From Trypanosoma brucei (Eukaryota): DNA of 64,000 nucleotides. The position numbers and the translations under genes were made by a program. Where the stretch lies: contig CP000070.1 of assembly GCA_000002445.1 (NCBI GenBank), forward strand, positions 576,001-640,000. The letters are read 5' to 3'. The notes below the pieces were generated by a model that made no database searches, was not told where the DNA came from, and saw only the letters and a list, made by a program, of their open reading frames with translations. Shown here piece by piece: positions 33,925 to 43,929 of the stretch. Each line of letters opens with the position of its first letter. Within the stretch, counting starts at the first letter, position 1.

Positions 33925-34851
33925 TCAGATAGGAGAAGTAGAGGTAGAAGGAGAAGCAGCGGCAGCCACAGCTACAGCCGGAGTAGCGGGTTGCACAGGA
34001 GTACAGAACGGGGGATCCTTCAACCACAACTTCAAACGGACGGCGTCGGAATGATCAAGGTAGTAGCGCGGCAGAAATTTAGACTTTGCGAATCCCAAAT
34101 TCAAGTACAATGAAAGAGCACGTTCGTTGTTTGTCGGAGTTTCCAGGTAAACTTCATCACACCCCTTTTCCCTCATGAGCTCAATAGTGAGCGTAACCAG
34201 CCGGCTCCCAAGCCGGAAACCACGGAACTCGGGGATAACGGCGAACATAGCTACGTAGCCGCGCAGCGGACTGTCAATGTGCTTGCGCGACACACGAGAA
34301 ACTACAGCCCCTACACGTTTGCCTTTCACGGACGCGTCAGGCACGTCCTCACCGTCGTAACCGTATGCAACAATTGTTAAATCAGGCCATCCGAAAATAA
34401 AATACTCATATGTGAAGCTGCTGTAAGGCTCTGTCAACTCCTTTGTGAACAGTTGTACGATAAAATTCATCACCTCTTCGTCACCATCGAATTGTTCATA
34501 GCGAATATACTTGTTGTCTGAAACCTTTTGCCAGGCCTTCTCCTCCTCTTTCAATGGCACGAGGGCTTTTGCCACCTCGGCATCACGTATTGCCTTCTCG
34601 TGCATCAGCCGCTCCGCTAGGAGCGACATCCGTAGACGATGCTCATCGACAAGCGGTTGAGCTGCAGCCACGGGTTTCGTAAGCACTTCCTCCATTTGCT
34701 TCTCCTCCAGGGCCATGGCCTGCTTCCGAGTCATTCCCTCCTTCGAGTTTTTCGACGGTACGGAAGTGCCCTCAATTGCAGCCACTAAAGCATCAATATC
34801 CACATCCTTGACGTTGTTCTTCGTCGCATTCTTTTTCCCTTTTTTTGGCAT
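33925..34851 (-). CDS. NAA30: N-alpha-acetyltransferase 30 (NatC catalytic subunit, Mak3-like), GNAT fold, with Lys-rich/coiled-coil N-terminal extension
   Basis: The C-terminal 170 aa matches the Mak3/NAA30 pattern: IRYEQF...EPYSSFTYEYFIFGWPDLTIVAY...VGAVVSRV...RGYVAMFAVIPEFRGFRLGSRLV...GCDEVYLETPTNNERALSLYLNLGF.K.KFLPRYYLDHSDAVRLKLWL. ATG start. Confidence 0.8.
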   Translation of the reverse strand: MPKKGKKNATKNNVKDVDIDALVAAIEGTSVPSKNSKEGMTRKQAMALEEKQMEEVLTKPVAAAQPLVDEHRLRMSLLAERLMHEKAIRDAEVAKALVPLKEEEKAWQKVSDNKYIRYEQFDGDEEVMNFIVQLFTKELTEPYSSFTYEYFIFGWPDLTIVAYGYDGEDVPDASVKGKRVGAVVSRVSRKHIDSPLRGYVAMFAVIPEFRGFRLGSRLVTLTIELMREKGCDEVYLETPTNNERALSLYLNLGFAKSKFLPRYYLDHSDAVRLKLWLKDPPFCTPVQPATPAVAVAAAASPSTSTSPI

Positions 34852-35232
34852 CTTATTCCACCTCCCTTGCGCCCTTTTTTTTTCTTTTCCTGACTTTCCC
34901 CCTTTTTAGATTACTTTGTGATTTGACGGTACTTCTCGTTAACGTCAACCGCCTCGGTCACGGGAGTCAAACTTAATACCCTCCTTTTTAATCGACGATT
35001 CTCACGTTATTTTATATTGTTTGTTATTGTAGAACCAATATGTGGAAAGTTAAAGCCACGAAACAAGCAAAAAACAGTTACAAATGCAACCGAACAGACA
35101 AACAAATCGAAGGCCAAATGAAAAGAGTAACATTTGAAAGAAAAGAGAAGACAGCAAAAGATAAACGAGGGGTGAAACCCAACAAGTTGCGCATTAAAAA
35201 AGGGAAGAAACAAAAGCACCGTTCACAGAAAT

Positions 35233-35756
35233 GAAAATAAAAACAAGACCAAACAAGTCATGGATTGCATCCCATTCAACTCTCCATGCTTCACTACTTG
35301 AGGGGAATGAAACGAGAAGAGTGAGTCGCACCAAAACCGGGGCGGCCGTGAGCGACAGGTTTGTACGTCAGCGAGAACTCTCCAAGATAATGGCCAATCA
35401 TCTCACCCTTGATCTCCACCGCATTAAACTGGCGACCATTGTAGATTCCCACAACAGAACCCACCATCTCAGGCGTGATCACAACATCACGAAGGTGTGT
35501 CTTCACAGCTTTCGGTTTCTCACCGGCCTTCACGTTCTTCTTCGCCTCACGCAGGCGCTTCAAAAGCACAGGGGCGCGACGGTCCGCGTGGCGGTTCATG
35601 CGTCTACGGGCGCGAGCATGCACAAGTGCCTTGAACTCCTCCTCAGTGAGCGCAAGTAGTGGGTCGATTTCGTGGCCACGGTACGTGAATTTGTGGAAGG
35701 TACGCTCCTTCTTCAGCTGTTCGTACCGCTCCTGTGTAATGTTCGACGCCATCGCT
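35233..35756 (-). repeat. dispersed direct duplication unit B (RPS15 CDS + 3' flank), identical to 28089-28612
   Basis: See unit A. The 5' flanks diverge completely immediately upstream of the ATG (cgccttctctccg vs cgcttcttgccta). Confidence 0.9.
35294..35752 (-). CDS. RPS15: 40S ribosomal protein S15 (uS19), copy 2
   Basis: Nucleotide-identical to copy 1 over the CDS. The track ORF extends 20 codons upstream (to 35812), but the conserved MASNITQ ATG at 35752 matches copy 1, and sequence 5' of it is unrelated. Confidence 0.95.
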   Translation of the reverse strand: MASNITQERYEQLKKERTFHKFTYRGHEIDPLLALTEEEFKALVHARARRRMNRHADRRAPVLLKRLREAKKNVKAGEKPKAVKTHLRDVVITPEMVGSVVGIYNGRQFNAVEIKGEMIGHYLGEFSLTYKPVAHGRPGFGATHSSRFIPLK

Positions 35757-36381
35757 TCTTGCCTAGGATGACTAAAATAAACGTTGTAGTAGTGGAGGAA
35801 ACATATATACATAAAGAGACGGTTATATATGTTTCAATGCACAGGAGGGAAAATAGATATTAAAGCGGGAGGACGTATCGTACCACCACGTAAAAGAAGC
35901 CGTCACTAAAACTCTGTGGATACTGCCATCTGGAACTCGATATGTGCTTTGCCATCCTTTATTTGCAACGAAGGCAGGTGCAAGTATGCATCTCAATATC
36001 TTCGTGTTTACTTCCCATTCCGTGCATTATCATTTAGTTCTAACTAATGTTACCCACAACACATCAATTAGCTTCAAAACACTGCTGCATGGAGTTAGGG
36101 TCCCCATCACTCTGTTTTCTTGCAGTGCTTTCAACTCACCTGGTGCGCACACCTCTTCGCACAACATCACCGAATGATGAGAACCTCTGATGTATCGTGT
36201 CTCACGTAGGTGTGTTACACAGAGGCATGGGTATGTGCTACCAGCCTCACCGCATGTCGTTTCAACACACGCAGATGCGCAGTGAACAACACAAGGCATA
36301 CCCAGCACCCAAAGATTCCAGCGGCAATGCAGTATTCGTATCGCGGATACGGGGAAAAAATGTTAAGCAATGGGTATCACT

Positions 36382-36750
36382 TTACTCATCTGGAGAACCC
36401 TCCGTCATGCGCACCTTCCCCACAGCCTCTACGTACTCTTCCATCAAACTATCCAACGAAGCTTTTGCCGATTCTTCGCTGCCCGCCGACGGCTTATGGG
36501 ATTGCTCTCCCGAGCTTCCCTTTTGTTTGAAGTCAAATCGAATTCCCAAATCGTCTTGCAATGGTTTTCCCTCCCAAACGTCGGAGCCATTCGCCCGCAG
36601 AGCACCGAGCAATTGGTCAAGTTTACCCTCTAACGAATCGCTGGGGTAAGTCGATCCCGCAGTGCCAGTCCCATTGCCACAACTCACGTCGTCTTCCTTT
36701 CCCAATGCGGCTAAAAGCGCCTTCATATCCCCCGCGAGGTCCTTGTCCAT
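36382..36750 (-). CDS. small acidic hypothetical protein (~122 aa)
   Basis: Minus ORF with ATG at 36750, same orientation as its neighbours. Non-repetitive, protein-like composition (DKDLAGDMKALLAALGKEDD...SLDSLMEEYVEAVGK). No recognisable domain. Sits in an otherwise 2-kb gap between genes. Confidence 0.35.
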   Translation of the reverse strand: MDKDLAGDMKALLAALGKEDDVSCGNGTGTAGSTYPSDSLEGKLDQLLGALRANGSDVWEGKPLQDDLGIRFDFKQKGSSGEQSHKPSAGSEESAKASLDSLMEEYVEAVGKVRMTEGSPDE

Positions 36751-37866
36751 CACGCTCCTACCAATGGCGGGAACGAAACTTTGAAAACCGTATTTTATAT
36801 ACCTTTTCGCCTATAACCTTCCTCGTTGTGGAGTGCAACCCCAGTTGTAATTAATGATTCTTTTGTGTCACCGCTGAAGTAAAGAAAAAAACATAGAAAA
36901 GATGAAACATAAATGCACGGTCAAAAGCACTTCCAGGAGAACTGCTTGCAATCATACGCACAGGCACAGACACGGACACAGACACACACACACACGCGCG
37001 CGCAAGGAAGTAACAATTAGGTAAAAAGCCACGACACCTGTTTTAAATCCCATAAACAAGAACACGCCCAACATATCTCTTCATGTGTGAGGTGGGTTGT
37101 GACGGTGCGTTATTTGAAGGCGCTTGGTCTCAACTTCAAGCCGTTCCCATCAACACTCACTTCCTCTCTTAACACCTTTATTTCCCTCTGGGCGTGTATA
37201 CATGTGTGTTTATGCGATTACTTGATGGCGAATGAGTCGTCAAACCCATATTCACATTCATACAAGCTGCGTGTAATCACCCCATCATGGATATGTTAAT
37301 ATTGATGTGATCCTTATACCACCTCCCTTCCCCCCAACAACAATAACAATTTTGATCTGTTCTCAAGCCACGGGGCATGAATCCAACGAAGGATCGAAAA
37401 ATTACAGAATGAATATATTTAGAAAAGGACACATTTAGCTGCTGACACAACACCAACATCTCTCTCCCATTCTTTTTCCCTTACTCCGTCTCCAACAAGT
37501 GCAACCTGCATGCTACTAAACCGATAGTGATGCAGTTATCGCTTGAAAAAAAAAGGAACAAAAGGGGGGAAAGAAAGAAAAGGCATTTGTTTTTTTTTTG
37601 CCATTTTCTTTGTTGTCCTTTAGTTTTGTCACTTGAACAAAGTTGCTACAGACAGACACGCACACACGTATATATGTGTGTCCGTATGCAGGTAGTGAAG
37701 AGCCGTGAGTGTGGGAACCCACACCGCATGCGTTGCCTTTCACACCTTTCCCTCTCTATGGATTCTATAATTTGTCAGCACTAAAACCGTGCCGTCTGTA
37801 CCGGCGGCGGCGCTCTCGCATCTCCACACTTGCACCCTCCCCCTCCCTACACCGTGAAGGGCAACA

Positions 37867-40722
37867 TTACTTTATAAGCTGCCGAAGAATAAGCGAAACC
37901 TTGCTCGATTTTTTGATGCTATCCATCGCCTGCAACCTGATCGACTTCGTCGCATTATGTAGATCGATACCATTCACTCCATCCACCTGCCATGAAATCT
38001 GTCCGGCATCATCTGGAACCAATGTTTTCATAAACGGATGAGTCTTTAGTGCCGCTGAGACAGGAGGAAGACGAGTCAACACAAGCTTATCTCCTCCATG
38101 TGTCATGCTGATATCCCAGGACGTTTTTAGGTCAGGGCGGCGCAACTCCATGTTCATACCGTCGAAGTGATCGAGGGTAACAGCGTTCTCAAACGTCAGT
38201 GGAGGAGCTTCCTTCAGTTCAGCCATGACCTCAGGAGTCATGGCGACACTGCCCTTTGGGGCCACTGCTATGCGCACCGCAGCTGCATCACCACCGCCGG
38301 GAGAGGTTGACGAAGAAGATTCTTTTTTGCTTTCGCTCTTCCTGGATACTACCACAGCCGCATCGGAGCGCGGTTTTACGTCTACAAGTGGCTTGTCTAC
38401 CACACCTTGAGCCTCCGCTGCCTCCTTCAACGATGTACCAGCACCACTGTCTGCTTTCTTTCCACCTTCGGGAGTCTCCTCTTTAGCCTCTCCATCCTTA
38501 GATTCACTATCCTTCGCCTTATTGCTTTTCCTCCCCCTTGTACGTTTCTCCTCGCCCTCTTCCTTGTCTTTTCCCTTCTTTGTCTTTCCACCCTTTTTCT
38601 CCTTTCCACTCTTCTTCGCAGCCTTTGACAGTTTCTTTCCCGCTTTCTTCCGGGCATCCTCCTTGTCCTTCTTCTTCTTTTCAGAGGCCTTTTTCTCAGC
38701 TTTCCTTTTCTTGGTTGCCTCACCCTTTTCCTCACCTTCCGTTGTCCCAACCTTTTTGGTCTCCTTCGTCGCTACCGTCGAGGATCTCACCTCCCCCGAA
38801 GTTTCTGCGGTTCTGTCATCGGTTTCTGATGAATGGAGCGTCTTCCGGCGGCGGCCCCGCTTTTTGGGTTCCGTTTTCTCGCTACCTTCATGTTGTGTCT
38901 CCTCATCTCCCTGCTCCCGTGTTCCCTGTCCTTCTGGCAGCGGCCTATCCGAGTCGGTACCATGCCGGTGTTGTGAATCCAGGTTTCCAGCATTCTTGAT
39001 TTCGTCATCCGCAGCCGAACGCATAACGTTGCTCTTTGACCCCCCTCTCTCTGCGAGTTCAGCACCCTCCAACTTCTCGATTTCCATGGCCTTCGGTTGC
39101 CGCCGTGAGTTCCCCACCCCCACCGCAACTGATCCGTCCTTGGAATCAGAATTTACAGTGGCAACGGTTTGCAATCTCAAAATAAGGAAAAGGGAGCTGC
39201 GCATAACGTCATCAAGGAAAGAATTGTTTTTCGGCTCGCATCCATTGACTTGGGCAACGTGCAGATTACCGAGGTGGGTGTTAATGAACTCACTCGCCGC
39301 ATTTGAAAGCGAAATATTCGGGGAAACACTATCTAGTATCAACTGGTTTTCACCATTCGCAACCAATTTGAGCTTCCAATCTACGGAAACAGATGGCCGC
39401 TTTAGAATAAGGCACGCTTCCTGCCCAGAAGCACCTTCCCCCCCTTGCGGTATAATGTTAAACGAAACCTCCTGAGGATCATGCATGCCCGAAACACCTG
39501 CAACAAGCAACGAGACTTTTGTTACCTTACTCTTTAGTATGTTTTGTAACTTCTCCAGACGCGACACTCGGACTTCCTCACTTACATCACCATCGGCCTC
39601 TTGTTCCCCAGGTTCACGAATAGTTACCCCATTTATATTATAAATCGGTAATCCACCCTCGCTTAGTTGGAGGGCATGGAAGAGTTCACCACCGGTTGAT
39701 GTGGCAGTCCGCAGTGTATTTTCCACTCCAATCAGTTTGCTCGCCATATTGATCAATAAACCCCATTTAAACGACGAGGCAGACCGCTCAATTGTGATCT
39801 TTCCGGAAGAGGGGTCGTAGTAAGTTACAGTAACAGGAGGATCGCTTATATCTTGCGGGGGGAATGGAAGGGAAGGCGTGATACGGGTGGTTTCCAGGTT
39901 CAGTCGATCCGGTTGTACCATCAACATCCATCCCAAAAGACTGTAGAATGACTGGACCACCAAATTCGCCGTAGTCCCATCCGCCGCAGCAGTTTCACGA
40001 GGTATCGAGTTGCTGCCGTTAGAGGTCAACGGTGCACTTATGGAATCGAATGCTGTTACCAGCGCAGCACGGAACTGAAGAAAGTCCTGTGTGTTCTTTT
40101 TGGTAGCCGCAAGAGCCTGAAGTTCCACATCTGTCCGTCGGGAATTCGCTGGTGAGGCTTCTTCTGCAGCGAGGCGCGCCTCCAGCCGCTGGCACACGAC
40201 TCCATAGTTATCCCGCACCACACCTGTGCAGAGTACAGCGGTAAGTGAAACCACAGCCTTAGCACATGCACTCCGTTCGGCAAAAATCTTTTCTAGACGT
40301 GGCATAAACACCTCAGCTTCTTCATCCGAGCCACAAGGTACGAGTACCTCGCCGTCGCTTCCGACCGCACAGGAAGCGAAGGCGAGCATAACGCTCTTTT
40401 GCACCAGATAGAGGGCTTCTTTCGGAGTTAACCTCGAGTCAAACTCCAGTATTCGGCGGAGCTCACGAAGCACCACACCTTGTACGCGCGACACCTCGGA
40501 GCGAAAAACTCGGTCGTGCTCAGGGTTAATCACCACTTGTTTCAGTGTTTTGTCATATTTCATAAATGGTGTCAATAGACGGGTTTTTAGACCAACAATG
40601 GAATTAACAAATGAAACATCCGGTGATGTAGCATCGGATGTCTGAGAGCCAGAGTGGTCAGCCTTCCTTGAAGCAGCGGATTCCTTCCGATCCTGCTTAG
40701 CGCCGCCACGAGGCCGATACAT
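37867..40722 (-). CDS. hypothetical protein (~950 aa) with ~150-aa extremely Lys/Glu-rich low-complexity tract (nuclear/nucleolar-type)
   Basis: ATG at 40722 (track start 40797 is GTG). Structured N-terminal 600 aa. Then the KKRGRRRK...KKRKAEKKASEKKKKDKEDARKKAGKKLSKAAKKSGKEKKGGKTKKGKDKEEGEEKRTRGRKSNKAKD tract. A C-terminal ~180-aa domain follows. Confidence 0.65.
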   Translation of the reverse strand: MYRPRGGAKQDRKESAASRKADHSGSQTSDATSPDVSFVNSIVGLKTRLLTPFMKYDKTLKQVVINPEHDRVFRSEVSRVQGVVLRELRRILEFDSRLTPKEALYLVQKSVMLAFASCAVGSDGEVLVPCGSDEEAEVFMPRLEKIFAERSACAKAVVSLTAVLCTGVVRDNYGVVCQRLEARLAAEEASPANSRRTDVELQALAATKKNTQDFLQFRAALVTAFDSISAPLTSNGSNSIPRETAAADGTTANLVVQSFYSLLGWMLMVQPDRLNLETTRITPSLPFPPQDISDPPVTVTYYDPSSGKITIERSASSFKWGLLINMASKLIGVENTLRTATSTGGELFHALQLSEGGLPIYNINGVTIREPGEQEADGDVSEEVRVSRLEKLQNILKSKVTKVSLLVAGVSGMHDPQEVSFNIIPQGGEGASGQEACLILKRPSVSVDWKLKLVANGENQLILDSVSPNISLSNAASEFINTHLGNLHVAQVNGCEPKNNSFLDDVMRSSLFLILRLQTVATVNSDSKDGSVAVGVGNSRRQPKAMEIEKLEGAELAERGGSKSNVMRSAADDEIKNAGNLDSQHRHGTDSDRPLPEGQGTREQGDEETQHEGSEKTEPKKRGRRRKTLHSSETDDRTAETSGEVRSSTVATKETKKVGTTEGEEKGEATKKRKAEKKASEKKKKDKEDARKKAGKKLSKAAKKSGKEKKGGKTKKGKDKEEGEEKRTRGRKSNKAKDSESKDGEAKEETPEGGKKADSGAGTSLKEAAEAQGVVDKPLVDVKPRSDAAVVVSRKSESKKESSSSTSPGGGDAAAVRIAVAPKGSVAMTPEVMAELKEAPPLTFENAVTLDHFDGMNMELRRPDLKTSWDISMTHGGDKLVLTRLPPVSAALKTHPFMKTLVPDDAGQISWQVDGVNGIDLHNATKSIRLQAMDSIKKSSKVSLILRQLIK

Positions 40723-41416
40723 TTTGTCGCTAGGGTAAAGGGAAAGATCAGAGTATGAAGTGCGCTGTCCGCAATTCTTCGCTCTCACCTCACTCACTCT
40801 TTGCCCAACACAATCCGCAGAAAAAGAATAAAAGGCTAAACTGATGGTGCTCTACGCAGACACTGGTAGATGAAGGGCCCTAGGTTATACCGTATTCAAA
40901 GATAAAACGACGCGCCGCGCAATAAACATAAACGTTCACCAAGATTTTTAAAAAAAAGGAGAATGAAACAAAAAAGAGCTATCTATCTACCAAGTATTCG
41001 AAGAGATCAAAAGCAGTGACAGTTCACGCGCTTCACTTGCAACACCAACCCCTGAAAGGGATGGCTAGGAGATTAATGCCTTCCGTTCCTTAAAAGAAAG
41101 AAGTTATAATGATAAATTATTAATAGAACTAACGCAGAACACGCATCGGATTCAATCACCATAAAGTGCTCCCAATACTAAAACTTTCACACACACACAC
41201 ACCTCCCTCCCTTGTGGCTTCCTAATGATGCGACTCGTCCGTAACTTCCTGAAGGAAGAGTGAAAAAAATTCAGAGTATGCGATCGTGCCAGAAGAGGGG
41301 TGCCATACTACACACACACACTCCCTCACCTCACCGTTGCTACAATCGCGTGTGCATGATACTTCCTTTTTCCCGTTGCATTTCAGTCGTCCAACCCCCT
41401 CCTGCGAAAACTTCAA

Positions 41417-42694
41417 TCACTTTACAATAGCATTTGTTATTCCCGGAACAGTTAGGACACCGAGGGGGTGCTGCGCGGGAATATCACCCCAACGCACGAT
41501 GCTCTGATCATCCACGCGAAGAGGACCGAGAAGACCCGTTGCAGCATTGCCTGAAAGTTGCTTTGTTTCAAGTAGCGCTTCTTTGTTGTAAGCCTCGCCA
41601 AAAAGAATACGGTCCCCAGGTTTTGCACCCTCAGGTGGCTGTACGATCCGCAGGCTAGTTTCATTGGAAGCACAAAGGATCATACCGTGTGAATTGATGT
41701 CCCTAAGGGATCTGGGTTTCAGGTTGCATACAGTAATGCACAGCGTTCCCTCCACCTCTTCAGCCTTGTAGTAGTCTACGAGACCACTAACCACAGTGCG
41801 TGTTTCTGTACCAATGTCCATGTCCTCAACGAAAAGCCGATCGGAATTGGGGTGCCTTCTAACGTTGAGAAAGCGGCCCACACGCAAATCCAACTGATTG
41901 GGATTCAATGGCACTACTTCCTTCTTTTTCTCTGGCGAAGATATACCATCTTTTGCAGTAGTAGCAGAAGCAGCGGAGGCAGCGGCATTTGCAGCTTTGG
42001 CCAACTTCGCCTTCTCCTTCTCCTGCTTTCGGCGCAGTATTTCCTCATCAGAGGGTTTGGCGAATACAGGTTTGTCACCCTTAGCCTTTCCTCCGCCAGT
42101 GGCACCAGCTTTACCACCGGTTGCAACTGGATTAAATTGAGAAAATGCATCACCCTCCAAATTTGGAATGAGCGGAGCAACTCTCTCGTTGCTTCGAGTG
42201 TGGAGTGCCCAAGCTTTCACGCACGGGTATGCCTCAGGTGTCCACAAGGGATGATTGTGTACGGCCACGTATAAGAGCAGGTCCGCGATTGTGGGAAATG
42301 TTCCTCCAGTTAAGAAACCCTTTTTCCCATCACTGAGGTCAATGCATTTCTCCACTTGCAGCAACAAGTGTCCCATGAAACTCGTGCAGCCGGAGTCCTT
42401 GAAAGTTTGTGTAGGTTCATTCGAGACGAGCAGCGACGCCCAGAGCAACCACTGATTCACCAATGGAGCCACATCCGGGGCTGCACCAACAAATTCCTTT
42501 AATTTAGCATCCACTGCCGTCTTCCGCAACGCGGAAACAAGTGGCACAAGTCCACTATGTGTCTTTGGTCCCGTTACAACAGCGAAACACTCACCTCCAG
42601 AGTTTACATTCTCGGCAGGAACCCCAAACATGTTGAGTACGTCCCTCAGCACCTTGCAAAAGGGTGATTTTTCCTGAAGAACGTACTTGTACAT
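41417..42694 (-). CDS. Arc1p/AIMP1(p43)-like aminoacyl-tRNA-synthetase cofactor: N-terminal GST-like domain + C-terminal EMAPII/Myf tRNA-binding (OB-fold) domain
   Basis: The C-terminal LDLRVGRFLNVRRHPNSDRLFVEDMDIGTETRTVVSGLVDYY...LCITVCNLKPRSLRDINSHGMILCAS is the canonical Myf/Trbp111/EMAPII tRNA-binding domain. Between the domains lies a Lys/Ala-rich linker (GGKAKGDKPVFAKPSDEEILRRKQEKEKAKLAKAANAAAS). ATG start. Confidence 0.8.
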   Translation of the reverse strand: MYKYVLQEKSPFCKVLRDVLNMFGVPAENVNSGGECFAVVTGPKTHSGLVPLVSALRKTAVDAKLKEFVGAAPDVAPLVNQWLLWASLLVSNEPTQTFKDSGCTSFMGHLLLQVEKCIDLSDGKKGFLTGGTFPTIADLLLYVAVHNHPLWTPEAYPCVKAWALHTRSNERVAPLIPNLEGDAFSQFNPVATGGKAGATGGGKAKGDKPVFAKPSDEEILRRKQEKEKAKLAKAANAAASAASATTAKDGISSPEKKKEVVPLNPNQLDLRVGRFLNVRRHPNSDRLFVEDMDIGTETRTVVSGLVDYYKAEEVEGTLCITVCNLKPRSLRDINSHGMILCASNETSLRIVQPPEGAKPGDRILFGEAYNKEALLETKQLSGNAATGLLGPLRVDDQSIVRWGDIPAQHPLGVLTVPGITNAIVK

Positions 42695-43929
42695 TTTTCA
42701 AACTGTATAATGATAATTCAGTTGTTAAAATGTGGGATAAAATACAAACAAACTTGAGAGAATATAGTTGAGGCAAAGGGGGAAGCACAGGTAAAAGATA
42801 GAGTGTAAAAACCAAAAAGGAAACCGAAATGCCACATAAGAAAGTATATGTGTATAAATGGCACGTGATTCAGCATAGGAAAAGATGGCCAGAAACTCAC
42901 TTATTAAACAATGGTAACAACTCAACTGTGGCACCTCATGGACCCTTTCTGCAAAATGCCCCAATACTTTTCAACGTAAGTCCATCATCTATACCCTTAT
43001 ATTTCCGATAATCAAATAGCGTTAAAACGTACCCGTAAGGGAGCGACATTATAGCACTTCGCAAGCCGCCGGAGCGCGTGTCTTCAAGTCTGCTGTTTTC
43101 TTTTTTCTCTCTTTTTTTTTTGCGATGAACGGCATTAAGGAGGTATCTTAGAAACCCATTGAACGCGCCGGTTGCGGGGTCACCAACACAAACTCCAACT
43201 TGATCAATGGTTCACCGTCAACAGAACGACGCCAACGCGTTGGGACGATGGAAAACAAAAAAAAGTATACAAGAAGGATAAGGAAACAAAGTGCCTGCGG
43301 GAAGTTAACGTACGCCCTTAAACCAACTGATACGCCGAAACCCTCCACATGACGCAGCAAAGTGGCTCGGCACCCTCAGGGTATTCTTATTATTATTTTT
43401 TTTTTTCTCTGCGTCATGAGGAATCGCTACCACACCGTGCGTGTATGATGTAGACGTTAAAACGAGCCCTCCCCCCAAAAAAAAATAATAATAATATTAT
43501 GAAGAACCCCCCACACACACCTCTGCAGTACAACAAACAGAGGGACGCCTCCTTTTAGCGGTAAGGTGCACGCGACCCGATTGGCGTTGGAGACAGGAGG
43601 GAAAGCACATGACAGCAAGTATCCCTAACAGAAGCACATTACACCTCCATAAAATTTGGACTCTTCCAGTTTGTAGGTTTTATTTTTCACTTCCCAAATG
43701 TGAAGTGCTAACAACCCCCTACAAAAGCGAACAGCGATGACTCCAAGATGCAATTCAAGGAAACAACTGATATGTTCCCGAATGTAACTGCTGAAGCTGC
43801 CCGTGTATGATGGAAAGACGGTGAACGCAAACAACAATTATTGCCTCAGCATGCTCGGCAACCTAAGCATGATAGTCCGCGGTAAGAGCAAAAGAACCAG
43901 CGCCCCACGTAAATTTGCTTCCAACATTT

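Noticed and set aside
35753-35812. 20-codon N-terminal extension of RPS15 copy 2 in the ORF track
   Set aside because: Copy 1 starts at the conserved MASNITQ. Sequence identity between copies stops at the ATG, and the extension ([20 protein letters not shown]) is not protein-like.
38522-39475. 317-aa plus-strand ORF and 107-aa minus ORF (38427-38750)
   Set aside because: They are antisense or frame-shifted readings of the Lys/Glu-rich purine-biased tract of the 950-aa gene. The translations are S/F/P-rich or poly-R/K low-complexity.
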